From Antechinus flavipes (Eukaryota), in the NCBI RefSeq assembly GCF_016432865.1, contig NC_067402.1:100688001-100752000 (forward strand): 64,000 nucleotides of DNA, in the 5' to 3' direction. Both the position numbers and the translations under genes were made by a program. Of this stretch, positions 39,113 through 50,404 are shown one piece after another. The notes under the pieces were generated by a model that made no database searches, was not told the origin of the DNA, and saw nothing but the letters and a program-made list of their open reading frames with translations. Position 1 is the first letter of the stretch. Each line of letters begins with the position of its first letter.

Positions 39113-40191
39113 GAACTTATAAAATCTTCCTGACTCCAGACTTATCATCCTATTTATTGCTGCCTCTAGTTACTGGTGGAATAATCCTAAACCATCTCCC
39201 CTGAGACTTGCTCCTAAGAAGGGGCTGTCCAGGAATCTCTGTCTCTCCCCCATTGGTCACTATTCCCCTCTCCCTCAATTGAATATATTTTATTCCACTT
39301 GCCCCAGTTACACTTTGCAACTGTTTCCAGGAATGTAAAAATTCCTGGTCATGACTACTCTAAACAAGAGAACAACAACAAAAAAGAAAACAATAAAATT
39401 TCCATGGCTTCTCTTAAGGAACTAGGTTTATCACGAGGCTCTACTTCCTTAGACCTGAACAAATTATTCCTAAATCCTACCCACGTTCCCCAAACCCCAG
39501 CATTTACTTAATCTGACCCCTTGATTGCCATAATAATTTTTGCTACGAATATGCAGGAATTGAGAGATGCTTACCTAATTGTGAACTTCCTTTACTAAAC
39601 TTTTATTATATAAGTAAAATGAATTATATAAATAAAATGAATAAAATAAAAACAAATAATAAATAAATATAAATAAAAGGAATTATATAAATAAAATGAA
39701 TAAAATTTTATTATATAAATAAAATGAATATTATGTTTACATTTAGGGAGAAAGAAACTCCCAGTTCAAGAGAAGTTTAATAAAGAGAATGATGAACTGG
39801 GAGTCAGTAACATCCACATTTAAATAATGCAATACACTTGCTGGTTGTGCTACCTTATGCAAGACTTTTAACTACTCTGTCCCTCAGTTTCCTCATCTGT
39901 AAAATGAGTGTATTGAATTGAATGTTCTCTTAGGTCCCTTCCAGCTATAAATGTTTAATTTTATTAATTGGCCAAATGGAATTCACTTAAGATCAGCATG
40001 CCATATAGATATCACACGTGTCCTTTTGGGTTTAGGAGATTAGAAAAACTATATATTTATTGATGAGACCAGAAGATCAGGATGGTGATATGAATAAGTT
40101 TGCTTCTTACTATAGAGCATCCCATAGTCTCCTTGTTATCGGATTATTTTGGTGGTTGTTGCTATTTTTCCTTCTTTTTCAAAGAAGACCA
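39113..40191 (+). repeat. 1,079-bp direct repeat, copy 2 (right of L1)
   Basis: See copy 1; continues seamlessly into the RTE-related element. Confidence 0.97.
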
Positions 40192-40800
40192 ATGGCATCA
40201 CAGATAATATCGACTCATGTTTGAATTGGATTTAAGTGAGACAGAATTGCACAGAGTCATCAGCCTCACTCTCTCTTCCAGAATTATTGAAGTTCAGCGT
40301 AAGGACAAAAGTTAAGATATTGGTGATGGCCCAGAATGCAGTGGATAACCTTGCAGTCTTCAGTGCCTTCGTAGTGCCTACTTCAACCACTTTTATGGTA
40401 GATGGAATTAATTGTTTTTTCTGCCCATTCTGCTGGGCAAAATCTTCAAGTGCTTGGGGTAGACATCTCCCTAACTCACCAATGAGTTTGAGGGATGTCA
40501 GTTACCCTCGTTCTGGTTTAGTGCATGTACCAAGTTGGTTTATCAAAGTGTGCCTTCTGCTCGTGCTGCAACTTGGAGCCACAAGTAGGAAGAAACAGAT
40601 GAAGAGTAGATGAGTAGCCCTGAAAAAGGGCTTGGCAAGCCCTCATGACAATGTGCTTGTTCTTCTGAACCACCTATGTTACCCCGATCATCTGTTGGTA
40701 TGACACTGCAGCATCTAGTTGGCCTAAGTACTGCTTGGGGGTTCTAGGTTATCCAAAACAGCCTTCCTGGATGGAACTTATATCAGGACTACAGGTGGGC
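40153..40800 (-). mobile_element. RTE-related SINE/LINE (WALLSI-like) fragment
   Basis: ggtggttgttg tail, gaattggatttaagtgag core shared with 49960, 51925 and (inverted) 790. Confidence 0.6.
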
Positions 40801-41282
40801 ACACTGTAAGGGAACCATATCTGCTTCCAGTCTCTAACATTTCTTATTAGGCTGCGATCAGACAAGTTTGTGCCCAAAGAGAAGATGATTCTGCAGCACT
40901 ATGTCAAGGCTGCTAGTACAGAAATATAGGGTTGAGTTCCCTTGCTCCACAGCACTTTCTGATGGAGAGGTTGAAATGTAAGTTGTCTTGCTGTTTAGCA
41001 TTGAATCTATCAGAGATCTGTTCCTTTTCTCTAAATTCTTTATTGTAGAAGAAAAGATTTAGTCCATGTGTTTGATGGTACCAGCATGTAATTAGTGTCC
41101 AGAAATTGGGTCACATTCTAGTGCCACTGACTGTCCTGTTTTTGAAACCAGTTCCCTTGGAGTTTGGATGCCTTAGCATCTGTTGGATTTGTGGGAAAAG
41201 AAGAAGAATGTTGGGAGATAGATCTTGGGGAGGAGGAAAAGAAAGGACTAATATTGTGTATTTTTTTATGAAAGGAGAAAGT

Positions 41283-41420
41283 CTAAAGGCAGCTACGTGG
41301 CACAATGGATAAAACACTAGCCCTGCAATCAGGAGAACCTGAGAACAAATCCAGCCTCAGATACACGACACTAGCTATTGAGGCTGTGCAAGTACTTAAC
41401 TCCAACTGCCTTGCAAAAAA
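41283..41420 (+). mobile_element. CORE-SINE
   Basis: ggcagctacgtggcacaatggataaaacac...ttaactccaactgccttgcaaaa. Confidence 0.75.
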
Positions 41421-41449
41421 AAAGAAAGAAAGAAAGAAAGAAAGGAGAG

Positions 41450-42365
41450 TTTAGAATTGAATTTTGGAATTCATTTCTAAAATGTTTAAAGAACTGTGTT
41501 AAATTTATAAGAATACAAGTCATTCCCCAATTAATAAATGGCCAAAGGATAAGAACAGACAATTTTCAGATGAAGAAATTAAAGCCATCTATAGTCATGT
41601 GAAAAAATGCTCTAAGTCACTATTGATTAAAGAAATACAAATTACAACAACTCTGAGGTACCACCTCACACCTCTCAGATTGGCTAAGATGACAGAAAAA
41701 GATAATGATAAATGTTGGAGGGAATGTGAGGAAAACTGGTACACTAACTCATTCTTAGTAGATTAATGAAATGATCCACCCATTCTGGAGAGCAATCTGA
41801 AACTATGCCCAAAGGGCAATCATACTGTGCATACCCTTTGGTCCAGCAGTGCCATTATTGGGTCTATATCCCAAGAAAATCATAAAGGAGGGAAAAGGAC
41901 CCACATGTGCAAAAAATGTTTGTAGCATCTTTTTGTGGAGGCAAAGAACTGGAAAATGAGTGGATGCCCATCAATTGGGGAATGACTGAACAAGCTATGG
42001 CACATGAAGGTAGTGGAATATTGTTGTCTATAAAAATGATGATCAAGCTGATTATAGAAAGGCCTGGAAAGATTTACATGAACTGATGCTGAGCAAAACA
42101 AGCAGAACCAGAAAACAAGTTTCCTAGTTGATTCTTCTCAGCAGTTCAGTGATCCAAAGCAATCCCAATAGACTTTGGACAGAAAATACTATCTGCATCC
42201 AGAAAAACATCTAAGGAGACTAAATATAAATCAACATGCTATGTTCACTTCTTTTTTCTGTTTTTTTATCTCTCCCATGGTTTTTCCCTTTTGTTCTGAT
42301 TTTCCTCTCCCAACATGATTCATAAAACATTGTGTATTAAAAATAAATTTACTATAATAAAAAAA
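41450..42365 (+). mobile_element. L1 3' fragment (ORF2 C-terminus, 3'UTR, A tail)
   Basis: Homologous to the C-terminal ORF2 at 33.1-33.8 kb; ends aataaatttactataataaaaaaa. Confidence 0.88.
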
Positions 42366-42844
42366 CAAAGACTTACCTTCTTTTAAGGAATAAATTAAGA
42401 TGTAGAAGAAAAATCTAGTATTTAATGGAATTTCAGAACAGGATGAAACCATCTTTCCACTCAGGACTTAGGAAAGGCAGTGTGGTACAGTGGAAAGAGC
42501 ATTTCATTTAGAACTGAAAGGTTCAAACCCTAGCTCTGCCATTCACTCCCTATGTGATGTTGGACAAGTCAATCAGACTCTCCAAGACTTGAGTTCCCCA
42601 TGTATAAAATGAAGAAATTAGATTAGGTAACTTCTAAGAAAACTTCCAATTCTAAATGACCTTCCAGATTCAAAGGCTAATTCTTTGAAAATTCTGACTA
42701 GAACAGGTAAAATATACCAACATCACACTTACTCCTCTAATCTCAGAGAATATTTTGACAAAATATACAGTTAACTACTCTTCTTTTTTTTCCTCCTCCT
42801 TTTCTTCTTTCTCTTCTTCTTTAACATGTTTTGCACTGCCTTTT

Positions 42845-42955
42845 ATGCAGCAGAAATACACTAAAATGTGCAAAGATATAGTCACATCCCAGTGTCACTG
42901 CCTGTTCCTGAGAATAAGTGACTCAATTCCTGATTAACTTTGACATCAATTGAAC
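42845..42955 (-). pseudogene. TRBV: TRBV V-exon 5' fragment
   Basis: Polypyrimidine tract plus mutated acceptor (ttacaa), then SIDVKVNQELSHLFSG / QAVTLGCDYIFAHFSVF with one frameshift. Confidence 0.6.
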
Positions 42956-44148
42956 TTGTAAGGGGGAAGAAAAGAGTAAAGAAATAGTGATCAAGAAGAA
43001 ACCTCATATATGATTTAGACAAGGGTACCCAAACTAAGGGTATCACCTTTACACAACAGAGCAATTTTTCCAAAAAGATAATTTGACTAAAACACAAGAT
43101 TGAGTAAATCATCACAAGTCCTAAATGTAGCAAAAAAGAATTATATTGAATCCAGAATCAGGACCCAAAATATCTTGGAGCTATCTTCAGCACTCTTAGA
43201 GAATTACTGGGGGAGTCAAGCAATATCCTGGATACGAGCAACCCTTAATCATATGTAGTTAGATTTATATAATGTAATAATTTTTACCAAACAATATAAT
43301 AAATCATTATTTCCTATGTAGCTCACCCTGGTTGGAAATCAGGTTGCTGTAATTCAATGACTGAGTAGATATTAAGGAAGTAGGAAGTCGATGCAGGGAA
43401 CATGATGGTGACGGTAGTAGTGGTGTTCTGTCATTTCAGTTATGGCCCACTTTTCATTACCTCATTTCTTTATATTTATTACCTTGGCAAAAATACTGAA
43501 GTGGTTTGTCATTTCCTTCTCCAGCCCATTCACATTTGAGGAAACTGAGGTGACTAGTTTCTATAAGCTGAGTAAGTAGATGAGATATTAAATATAAACT
43601 TGAAGGGAGATAAGAACAAAAGAAAAGATTTTTGTTTTAGTTATTTCTTCAAGGCTAATAATAGCAATGACTCCCTACTTTCAAATTCAACTTTTATAGT
43701 TCATCAACTTTTCAAATTCATCTATTCAATCTCCCTCATACAAATGTGGAAATTGAAACTTCCAATGCCACACAAGAACATTGCAGACCCAAGATTCAAA
43801 ACACAAATCCAGAAATCAGTGGATCTCTTGTTTCTCCCATCTACCTCAGTAATTGTAATTCTTGTTGTTAGTGAACAAACTTAATATTGGACCTTATAAA
43901 TCAATCCCTTGTGGATCTGTCTTGTAAGACTGCTTTCCATAGCACCTTTCTGGCTGATCTGATGAATGTGAAATCATGAGCTCCTGCAAAGCTGAGGATG
44001 ACCGTGTTCTATCTGGGATGACCTTCTTTCCTCACTCTACCCCTCATCTCTGGGATCTGCTCACAGAATGACTGTTGGCCCTTCTCCCCTGACCATGGTC
44101 CTGTCCTCACTCTCACCTCCAGCTGCTTCCTGTGTTGTGTCTGGGGGT

Positions 44149-44187
44149 GGTTTGTGTACAGAGATAGTGGAATTTTGGAGCACTGTG
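44149..44187 (-). promoter_or_regulatory. Canonical 23-RSS
   Basis: CACAGTG - 23 nt - ACACAAACC. Confidence 0.93.
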
Positions 44188-44608
44188 CTATAACTGCTAG
44201 CACAAAAGTAGATGGCTGTGTCTTTGGACTCAAGAGATCCAATTTGAAGATTCAAGAGGGTTTTGTCCACACGATTAGGTTTGAAATGATCGTTGTTAGT
44301 GAAGTTCCCAAAAAGCTCATTATTATTGAAATAAAACATGAGCTGCAGTCCTTCCTTGTCATCTTGTCGATACCAGTACATATAATCATGATTCAAATTT
44401 TGTTGACAATTCAGGGTAGCTTCCTGTTCCTTCTCTTTGACTAAGCGTTTGGGGGTCTGGGTGACCCCACCATCCATAGAACCTGGAAAGGAAGAAGATT
44501 GAAGGTGGGAAATTTTCAGAGTCTAGCCTGACAAATGCTTTCATATGTCCCCAACTCACCTATCCCCAGGAGGAAAATGGCCATACACAAGTGGAAATTG
44601 ATGCTCAT
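44188..44608 (-). CDS. TRBV: Functional-looking TRBV gene segment (TRBV19-like)
   Basis: Leader 44608-44560 MSINFHLCMAIFLLGI-G, 77-nt GT..AG intron, V exon 44482-44188 SMDGGVTQTPKRLVKEKEQEATLNCQQNLNHDYMYWYRQD...KDTAIYFCASSYS. Confidence 0.94.
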
Positions 44609-45821
44609 GATTGGGGTAGGAAGAGGATGTCTCCCCATCACTAGGTTTTGATCTATGAGGTAGAGGAGAATAAGAAAACTTGGTGAGAGAGGTGCCCACA
44701 CCTAGGTGGAGCTAATATGTGATGTCGTTATTTCTAGTCATTGGAAAGGCACTTGTGTTTCATATGGAAATTTCCCCCGTGGCCAGAAGTAAGGAGAACT
44801 TATTCCAAGCCAGAAAAGTGGTGATGATCTTGGTATTTATACAGGTCACATACATGTATTTTTTCTTCCTCTCTGCTCAGTATGGAGAAATGAATTTCCT
44901 ACCACAATCCTCAGAATTGTATGGTCTTCTAAGCTCAGGTTAAAATCCTTCAAGAGGAACTCATTTTCTCCCAAAACTACCTGTTCTATGTTCTGTACTG
45001 CCATTATAGACGGTGGCAAACCTGAACTCCTAGACAGACCTGAATTCCAATTCCATGTTGAACATGTACCAATTGTATGACTAATTAAGTCGTCTATTTT
45101 CTATCTGAATTTCCTCATCTAGAAAATGAGGAAATAATCATAGCATCTACCTCTCAAAATTATTGTGAGATTCCAATGAGATATTTCTGAAATGCTTTGC
45201 TTTGCAAACTTTAGAGAACTATATAAATGCTCTCTATTATTATAAAGGCTTTTCCCTTCACTTATAGTGAGTCAAATATGCAGCTCTCTAGCTTCCCCCT
45301 ATTGCTTCTGTTCTCTAGGGCCAAGCAAACGAAATCTAATCTCTCCTCTGCATGCTAATTATTTACATCATTGAAGACAGCTCCTGCTTACACCCTAAGC
45401 CTCTTCTTCAGGCTAAATATTAATCTTTTCTATGGCAGAGTTTGGGGTTCTGCCAACATGCTATTCTTCTTCATAAGATATGTCCCAACTTGTCAATTTT
45501 CCTCCTTAAACCAGATATAATACTCTAGCTTCTATCTGACTAGAGTACAGTATTGTGGATTTATAATTCTATTTGTCTCTCCATTGCATGCTTTAATGCT
45601 GAGGCTGAAACTGAGCACAAAGCATGGAGGAAAAATGTGACTCAAAATGCAAATCATGGGGAAAAAATTTGACTTGGAATCAGCTTTGAATCTACTATTC
45701 TAGTTTTACTATTTATTATCTGCTATGACCCTAGACACCTTTTAGTGTCTTGCTTTTCTCCATTATAGTGGATCTGTAGGAATTTTGGGGGCAGTATGAT
45801 CCAGTGAAAAGAGTGGTATGT

Positions 45822-46154
45822 TGTAATGGGCTGAAGCTCGAGTTGACGCACTGAGGTCCCAAGCACATGAGGCTAAATAGCAATTGGACAATACTCTATT
45901 AACATATGCTTGGAGAAAGAATGGCCCCGCCCATTCTCTGTGCAAGTTTTGATGTGTTGTATAGGAAATGGTTTAGAGAAGATTTTGGTGGGTGGAGAGA
46001 GAGAGGCAGAGAGACTGCTGGTGGGGTTCATGTTGGCGGCTGCTCTCACTTCCTATCACCATCCCCCTTCGCCTCAGCAAAGAATAAAGATAGAGGATTT
46101 TCCCTTAACCTGAATTCCTGACTCTGGCTGATTTTAAAATATGCGGTCATCACA
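45822..46154 (+). mobile_element. Solo LTR inserted into a MIR
   Basis: TGTAA...ATCACA termini, AATAAA at 46083, flanked by gtatgt/atatgt; the flanks rejoin as a MIR head. Confidence 0.75.
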
Positions 46155-47328
46155 ATATGTTTGAAGTGAAAGGACTTGATTTTACTGCCTGGCTACTACC
46201 ATATAAATTTTGCTTGTGTGATCTTGTGTAAGTCCCTTTTCCCTGAGCCTCAATTTTATTTTTGTTTCCTAAATAAAATAACAAAAATATTTTGTTAGGA
46301 AACAAAATAACAAGGTTGAGTTATAAGGCCTTTATTTTTCCTCCCAGCTCATAATCTACAATTTACTATTATTATTGGGGGGTTTTTTGGTTTTTGTTTT
46401 TGTTTTTGCTGAGGCAGTTGGAGCTAAGTGACTTGCCCAAGGTCATACAGGTAGAGAGTGTTAAGTGTCTGAGGTCAGATTTTTAACTCAATCCTCCTGA
46501 CTTCAGGGCTCATGCTCTATCCACTGCACCCCCTAGCTATCCCTAATCTACAATTTTTTACATGTTGAGTCACATATTAATTCCTAATCCTCACAACAAT
46601 TCTATAAAGTAAGATTAACTTTATCCCCACTTTACAGAGGAGGCCAAAGAAATCAGGAAGGGGTGAGTGACTTGCTTAGTCACATAGCCAGAAAGTGTCT
46701 GAGAGAAGATTTGAACTGAGTTTGCCTGACTTTAAGCCCTACCCTCTATCTATTGTCTTTTTCTAGATGTCAACTGATCAGCCTCTCTCCTTCAATGAAT
46801 AAGAGATAAGACTGCCAACTTAAAAGGACACAGGACTGAGCTCTTACATATATCCAGATATACACACACAAAAACCCTGTATATTTATTGTGCAATTCAT
46901 ATTTAACTCAATGTAAAAAGATGCTTTTTTAAAAAACATGGAGTCATGGACAGAAATCGGCTTGGAATCAAGTAAACCTGAATTCAAATCCCAGTTCTGA
47001 TAACCTTTGACTGGATGATCTTGTCCAAGTAACCTAACAACTTCCCGTGCCTTCATATATCTCTTTATGACACTAAATGGCAGAAAAATAGCCCATCTTC
47101 ATCGATAAAGGAAGCTTCATTACTGGAAGTTCCCTATACCAAAAAAATCATGGGTCCAAACCAAAAAGACACTATTAAGTTTGACAATATACTGAAATGT
47201 GGGGCCTCTACCTACTCTTATCCTGCCCAGGTGCTGCATAGCTGGAGTTTGATCACTATACCCAGTGCCTTAATTAACCTCAGCCTTCCTTTCCCACCCT
47301 CTTATGTTTCCTGTGTGGAACTATAGAA

Positions 47329-47811
47329 GGTTTTAGCTTGGAGGAGAGTCTCTGCTTGATTGAATATACTGCTGACACAGAGATATACAGCTGAATCCAT
47401 GAGCTCCATAGATTGTATTTTTAGCTTGCAGATTAAAGTTTTATAACATAGAGCTGAAAATTGAGTCCCTGAACAATTGTTCATTCAGAATTTGAACTCT
47501 TCCCCCAGGACCTATTGGTACCAAAAAACATAGGTGTGTCCTTTAATTGGGTCACATCTGAACATTACGTTCTTCCCTTTCTCTGGGATAGATATGTTGG
47601 AGTGTGGGGGACTCCAGCATCGGAGAAGCTTGTGAGGGGAAAAGAATGCAAACATGAGTCAGAATCCGAACTGGAAGTTGCCATTTCTATCATAAAAGAA
47701 AGCTTGGGAGGGGGTGGGCTGGCAAGCACAGGAGAGCATTTGCCTTTATATCTGAGACTCACCAGCTCCTAGCAAACAAAAGGAGACAGAGTAAAAGAGC
47801 CTGGTATTAAT
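47329..47811 (-). pseudogene. TRBV: TRBV16-like pseudogene, the most distal V in the window
   Basis: Leader starts ATT; acceptor AA; FRCDPIKGHTYVFWYQ*VLGEEFKF*; IQSMELMDSAVYLCVSS; nonamer GCTAAAACC only 25 nt from the coding end (heptamer damaged). Confidence 0.85.
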
Positions 47812-48000
47812 GACCAACACTTTATAGAACTGAATTATTTCTCATTTATGGATCTACAATAATACAGGTTGTGCATAACTTACTTATGTCGATTCCACTT
47901 CCTCATTCAAAAGCTTGTGTAGGAGAGTTGAGTCTCCCAATAGACTGACTCAGCCCTACCTGTGTATGTGGGCTGAATGATGTTTAATCATCATCTAAAC

Positions 48001-48231
48001 TCCAGTTTCTTAAACTGTGGGTTGTGACACCATGTGGAGTTATGTAACTGAATGTGGGGGTCATGAAATTATGATTTATTATCAGTACATGTTTTATTTG
48101 TATACTTGTATATTTGTATACTTATAAACTCAAACTTGTAAACCCAAACTTATAAACTTTTAAACCCAAGGTCATATAAAAATTTCTCAGACAAAAAGAG
48201 GTCACAAGTAGAAAAAGTTTAAAAAACTCTG
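48001..48231. mobile_element. hAT-type MITE
   Basis: Inverted ends cagtttcttaaact / agtttaaaaaactctg; 8-bp flanks atctaaac/atctagac. Confidence 0.6.
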
Positions 48232-49959
48232 ATCTAGACTAGGAGATCTAACCTCTTTGATGGTCTAATGAAGCCTATGAAGTCTTTCTCAAAACATGCT
48301 ATAGAAGGTGTCTGAAGTCCTTTCCAGATTCATGGTCTTATTATCTTAAGAACCTTCTACTCCTTTTTCCTAGTTTTTGTAATGTTATTTTACAAATAGA
48401 AAAATTCATTACTGCTTCCCTTCTTTTCCTCTCTCCCATCCCCATTCTAGGGATAAGTTTAATCAAAGGCCTTAAATATTTTGATTTTTAATTAATTTAT
48501 TTTTTTTTTACTTTTTTATTATAGCCTTTTATTTACAAGATATATGCATGGATCATTTTTCAGCATTGACCCTTGCACAACCTTCTGTTCCAACTTTTCC
48601 CCTCCTTCCCCCTACCCCTTCCTCTAGATGGCAGGTAGTCCAATATATGTTAAATATGTTAATTTATTTTTTAAAAGTTACCATTGCAGAGAATGTGTAT
48701 TGAGTGTTCACTAAGAACAAAGCACTGCATTAGATAGCAGAAATTCTGAAGGCAGAACTCAAATAGCTCTTGCTTTCAATACATTCTAGTAGGGGACAAA
48801 ATATGGGCACAGATAAGCAAATGAATAATTCTGTTATACTGATGTCCTGCCTTGTAACTGAAACACAAATACCTTCACACAATTAAATTACCCACAAAAA
48901 TGATATGTTAGTATCATGTTATCCACTACCCCACACGCCTGCAAATGGCAAATCATTCCTATATCTTTAACAAGAAAATCCCTAATGGGATGACAAAGAG
49001 TTGGATATAACTGAAAAACGACTGAAGCATCCAAGACTAGGTTTTTCAACATATGCTACACATAGAAACACAAATGAATATATTTATTGTATAACCTACA
49101 TTTACCCCCATATAAAGGGATAGTTTGAAAATGTATCAAGTTATAAGTTACACTGGCAAAGATCTGAGAGATGAGGAAGAAATCTGGGACCTAGAGTCTA
49201 GGAAGGAGTTTGATGTTATAATTATCAAGGAATACAGTAAATACATGTGCATATATTGAATTTAACATATATTTTACAATGTTTAACATATATTGAATTA
49301 GTTGCCATCTAGGGGAGAGAATAGGGAGAAGGGGAGGGAAAATGGAAGACAAAGTTTTGCAAGTGTTAATGATGAAAGATTATCCATGCCTGTGTCTTGA
49401 AAATAAAAACTTTTTAAAAAGGAATACAGAAGAGAGATCTGTCACCTGTTTGTTCAACTTTCTGGCTCTTAAGAAATCAATGACTACAAAGAATAAAAAC
49501 ATTGTGCCATACAAGAGTTGGACAGGAATGGACGTCCCCAGCTTAGAGCTATGGTCCTTTAGGCTGAAAGTTAAACTGATATAGTGCTCAATTTCCTAAT
49601 GGATCGAAAAACCTGTTTTAGCTCTCTTTTCACTGACTCCTCCAGATTGAAATTGTTCTTTGACTAGGCGAGTCTCATTTCCTCATCCATTCTTTCCTAT
49701 GTTCTTTACAGCCTTTTATACCTTATAGGAGAATTCACAGGTCAGGTAGTCTAGTTATAGTTGTGGTTTTCTCCCCTTCTCCATCCTTGACGCCCAGTAG
49801 CTTCACATTGATAATTACTATTTTTGCCTATGCATATATTGTTCATCTGGGAAGAGAAAAAACAACAATAATAACAACCTTGCCCTCTCCTTCAATATAT
49901 AGATGCAACATAGGGCAAGACTTTGGGATAGAGGGGAACGGAAGTTGCTTGCCCTTCAT

Positions 49960-50200
49960 TCTCTAAGATGACCATGACATCAGGGAGATGATGCCATGAC
50001 ATGCAAGTAAATTGGATTTAAGTGAGGGAGGGCTGTGCAAAATCACCAGCCTCACTCTTTCCTCCAGAGCCATCTGGGCCCAATGGCCAGATATGGATCA
50101 GGACAACTAGAGATGGCCCCCGATGCAATGGGAGACCTTGGATATTTTGTAGGTTTCATTTTGACTGGGACAATGCTCAATCAGCTTTTAAGACTAGGTA
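49960..50200 (-). mobile_element. RTE-related SINE fragment
   Basis: aattggatttaagtgagggagggctgtgc core shared with 40153. Confidence 0.55.
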
Positions 50201-50385
50201 AGAAAAAAATGAAGCAAAGAATGGCCTTTTTATCCAATAAAATAAAATTAGTCAATCTGGAAGAAGAAAATGATGAATGCTGCAAGCAATCCCATTTTTT
50301 AATTTTCTTTTTCATTTTCCCTTTTTCTATCCATATCTTATCACCAGGTAATCATGCCTGAGGATGATTAATTTCCATAGAACCA

Positions 50386-50404
50386 CAGTACCCCCTAGCG
50401 ACCA
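50386..50404 (-). promoter_or_regulatory. CTCF-like motif at the distal edge of the V cluster
   Basis: cagtaccccctagcgacca (14/19 to consensus), preceded by tttccatagaaccac as at 30105-30120. Confidence 0.5.

Larger units (their letters stand above)
33061..39113 (-). mobile_element. Near full-length LINE-1 (5'UTR, ORF1, ~520-bp inter-ORF spacer, ORF2), lacking 3'UTR and poly(A)
   Basis: 5' end cttccggttaagatggcggagagg at 39113; ORF1 367 aa; ORF2 with EN, RT and CCHC motifs; ends a few bases after the ORF2 stop. Confidence 0.97.
40865..42425 (-). pseudogene. TRBV: TRBV pseudogene with the intron expanded by SINE and L1 insertions
   Basis: V exon ~41177-40904 (VSKTGQSVALECDPISGH*, EQGNSTLYFCTSS); RSS CATAGTG-23-GCACAAACT; acceptor AA; leader at 42425-42377 (TTA instead of ATG, NTRFFFYILIYSLKE-G, gtaagt donor). 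Confidence 0.82.
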
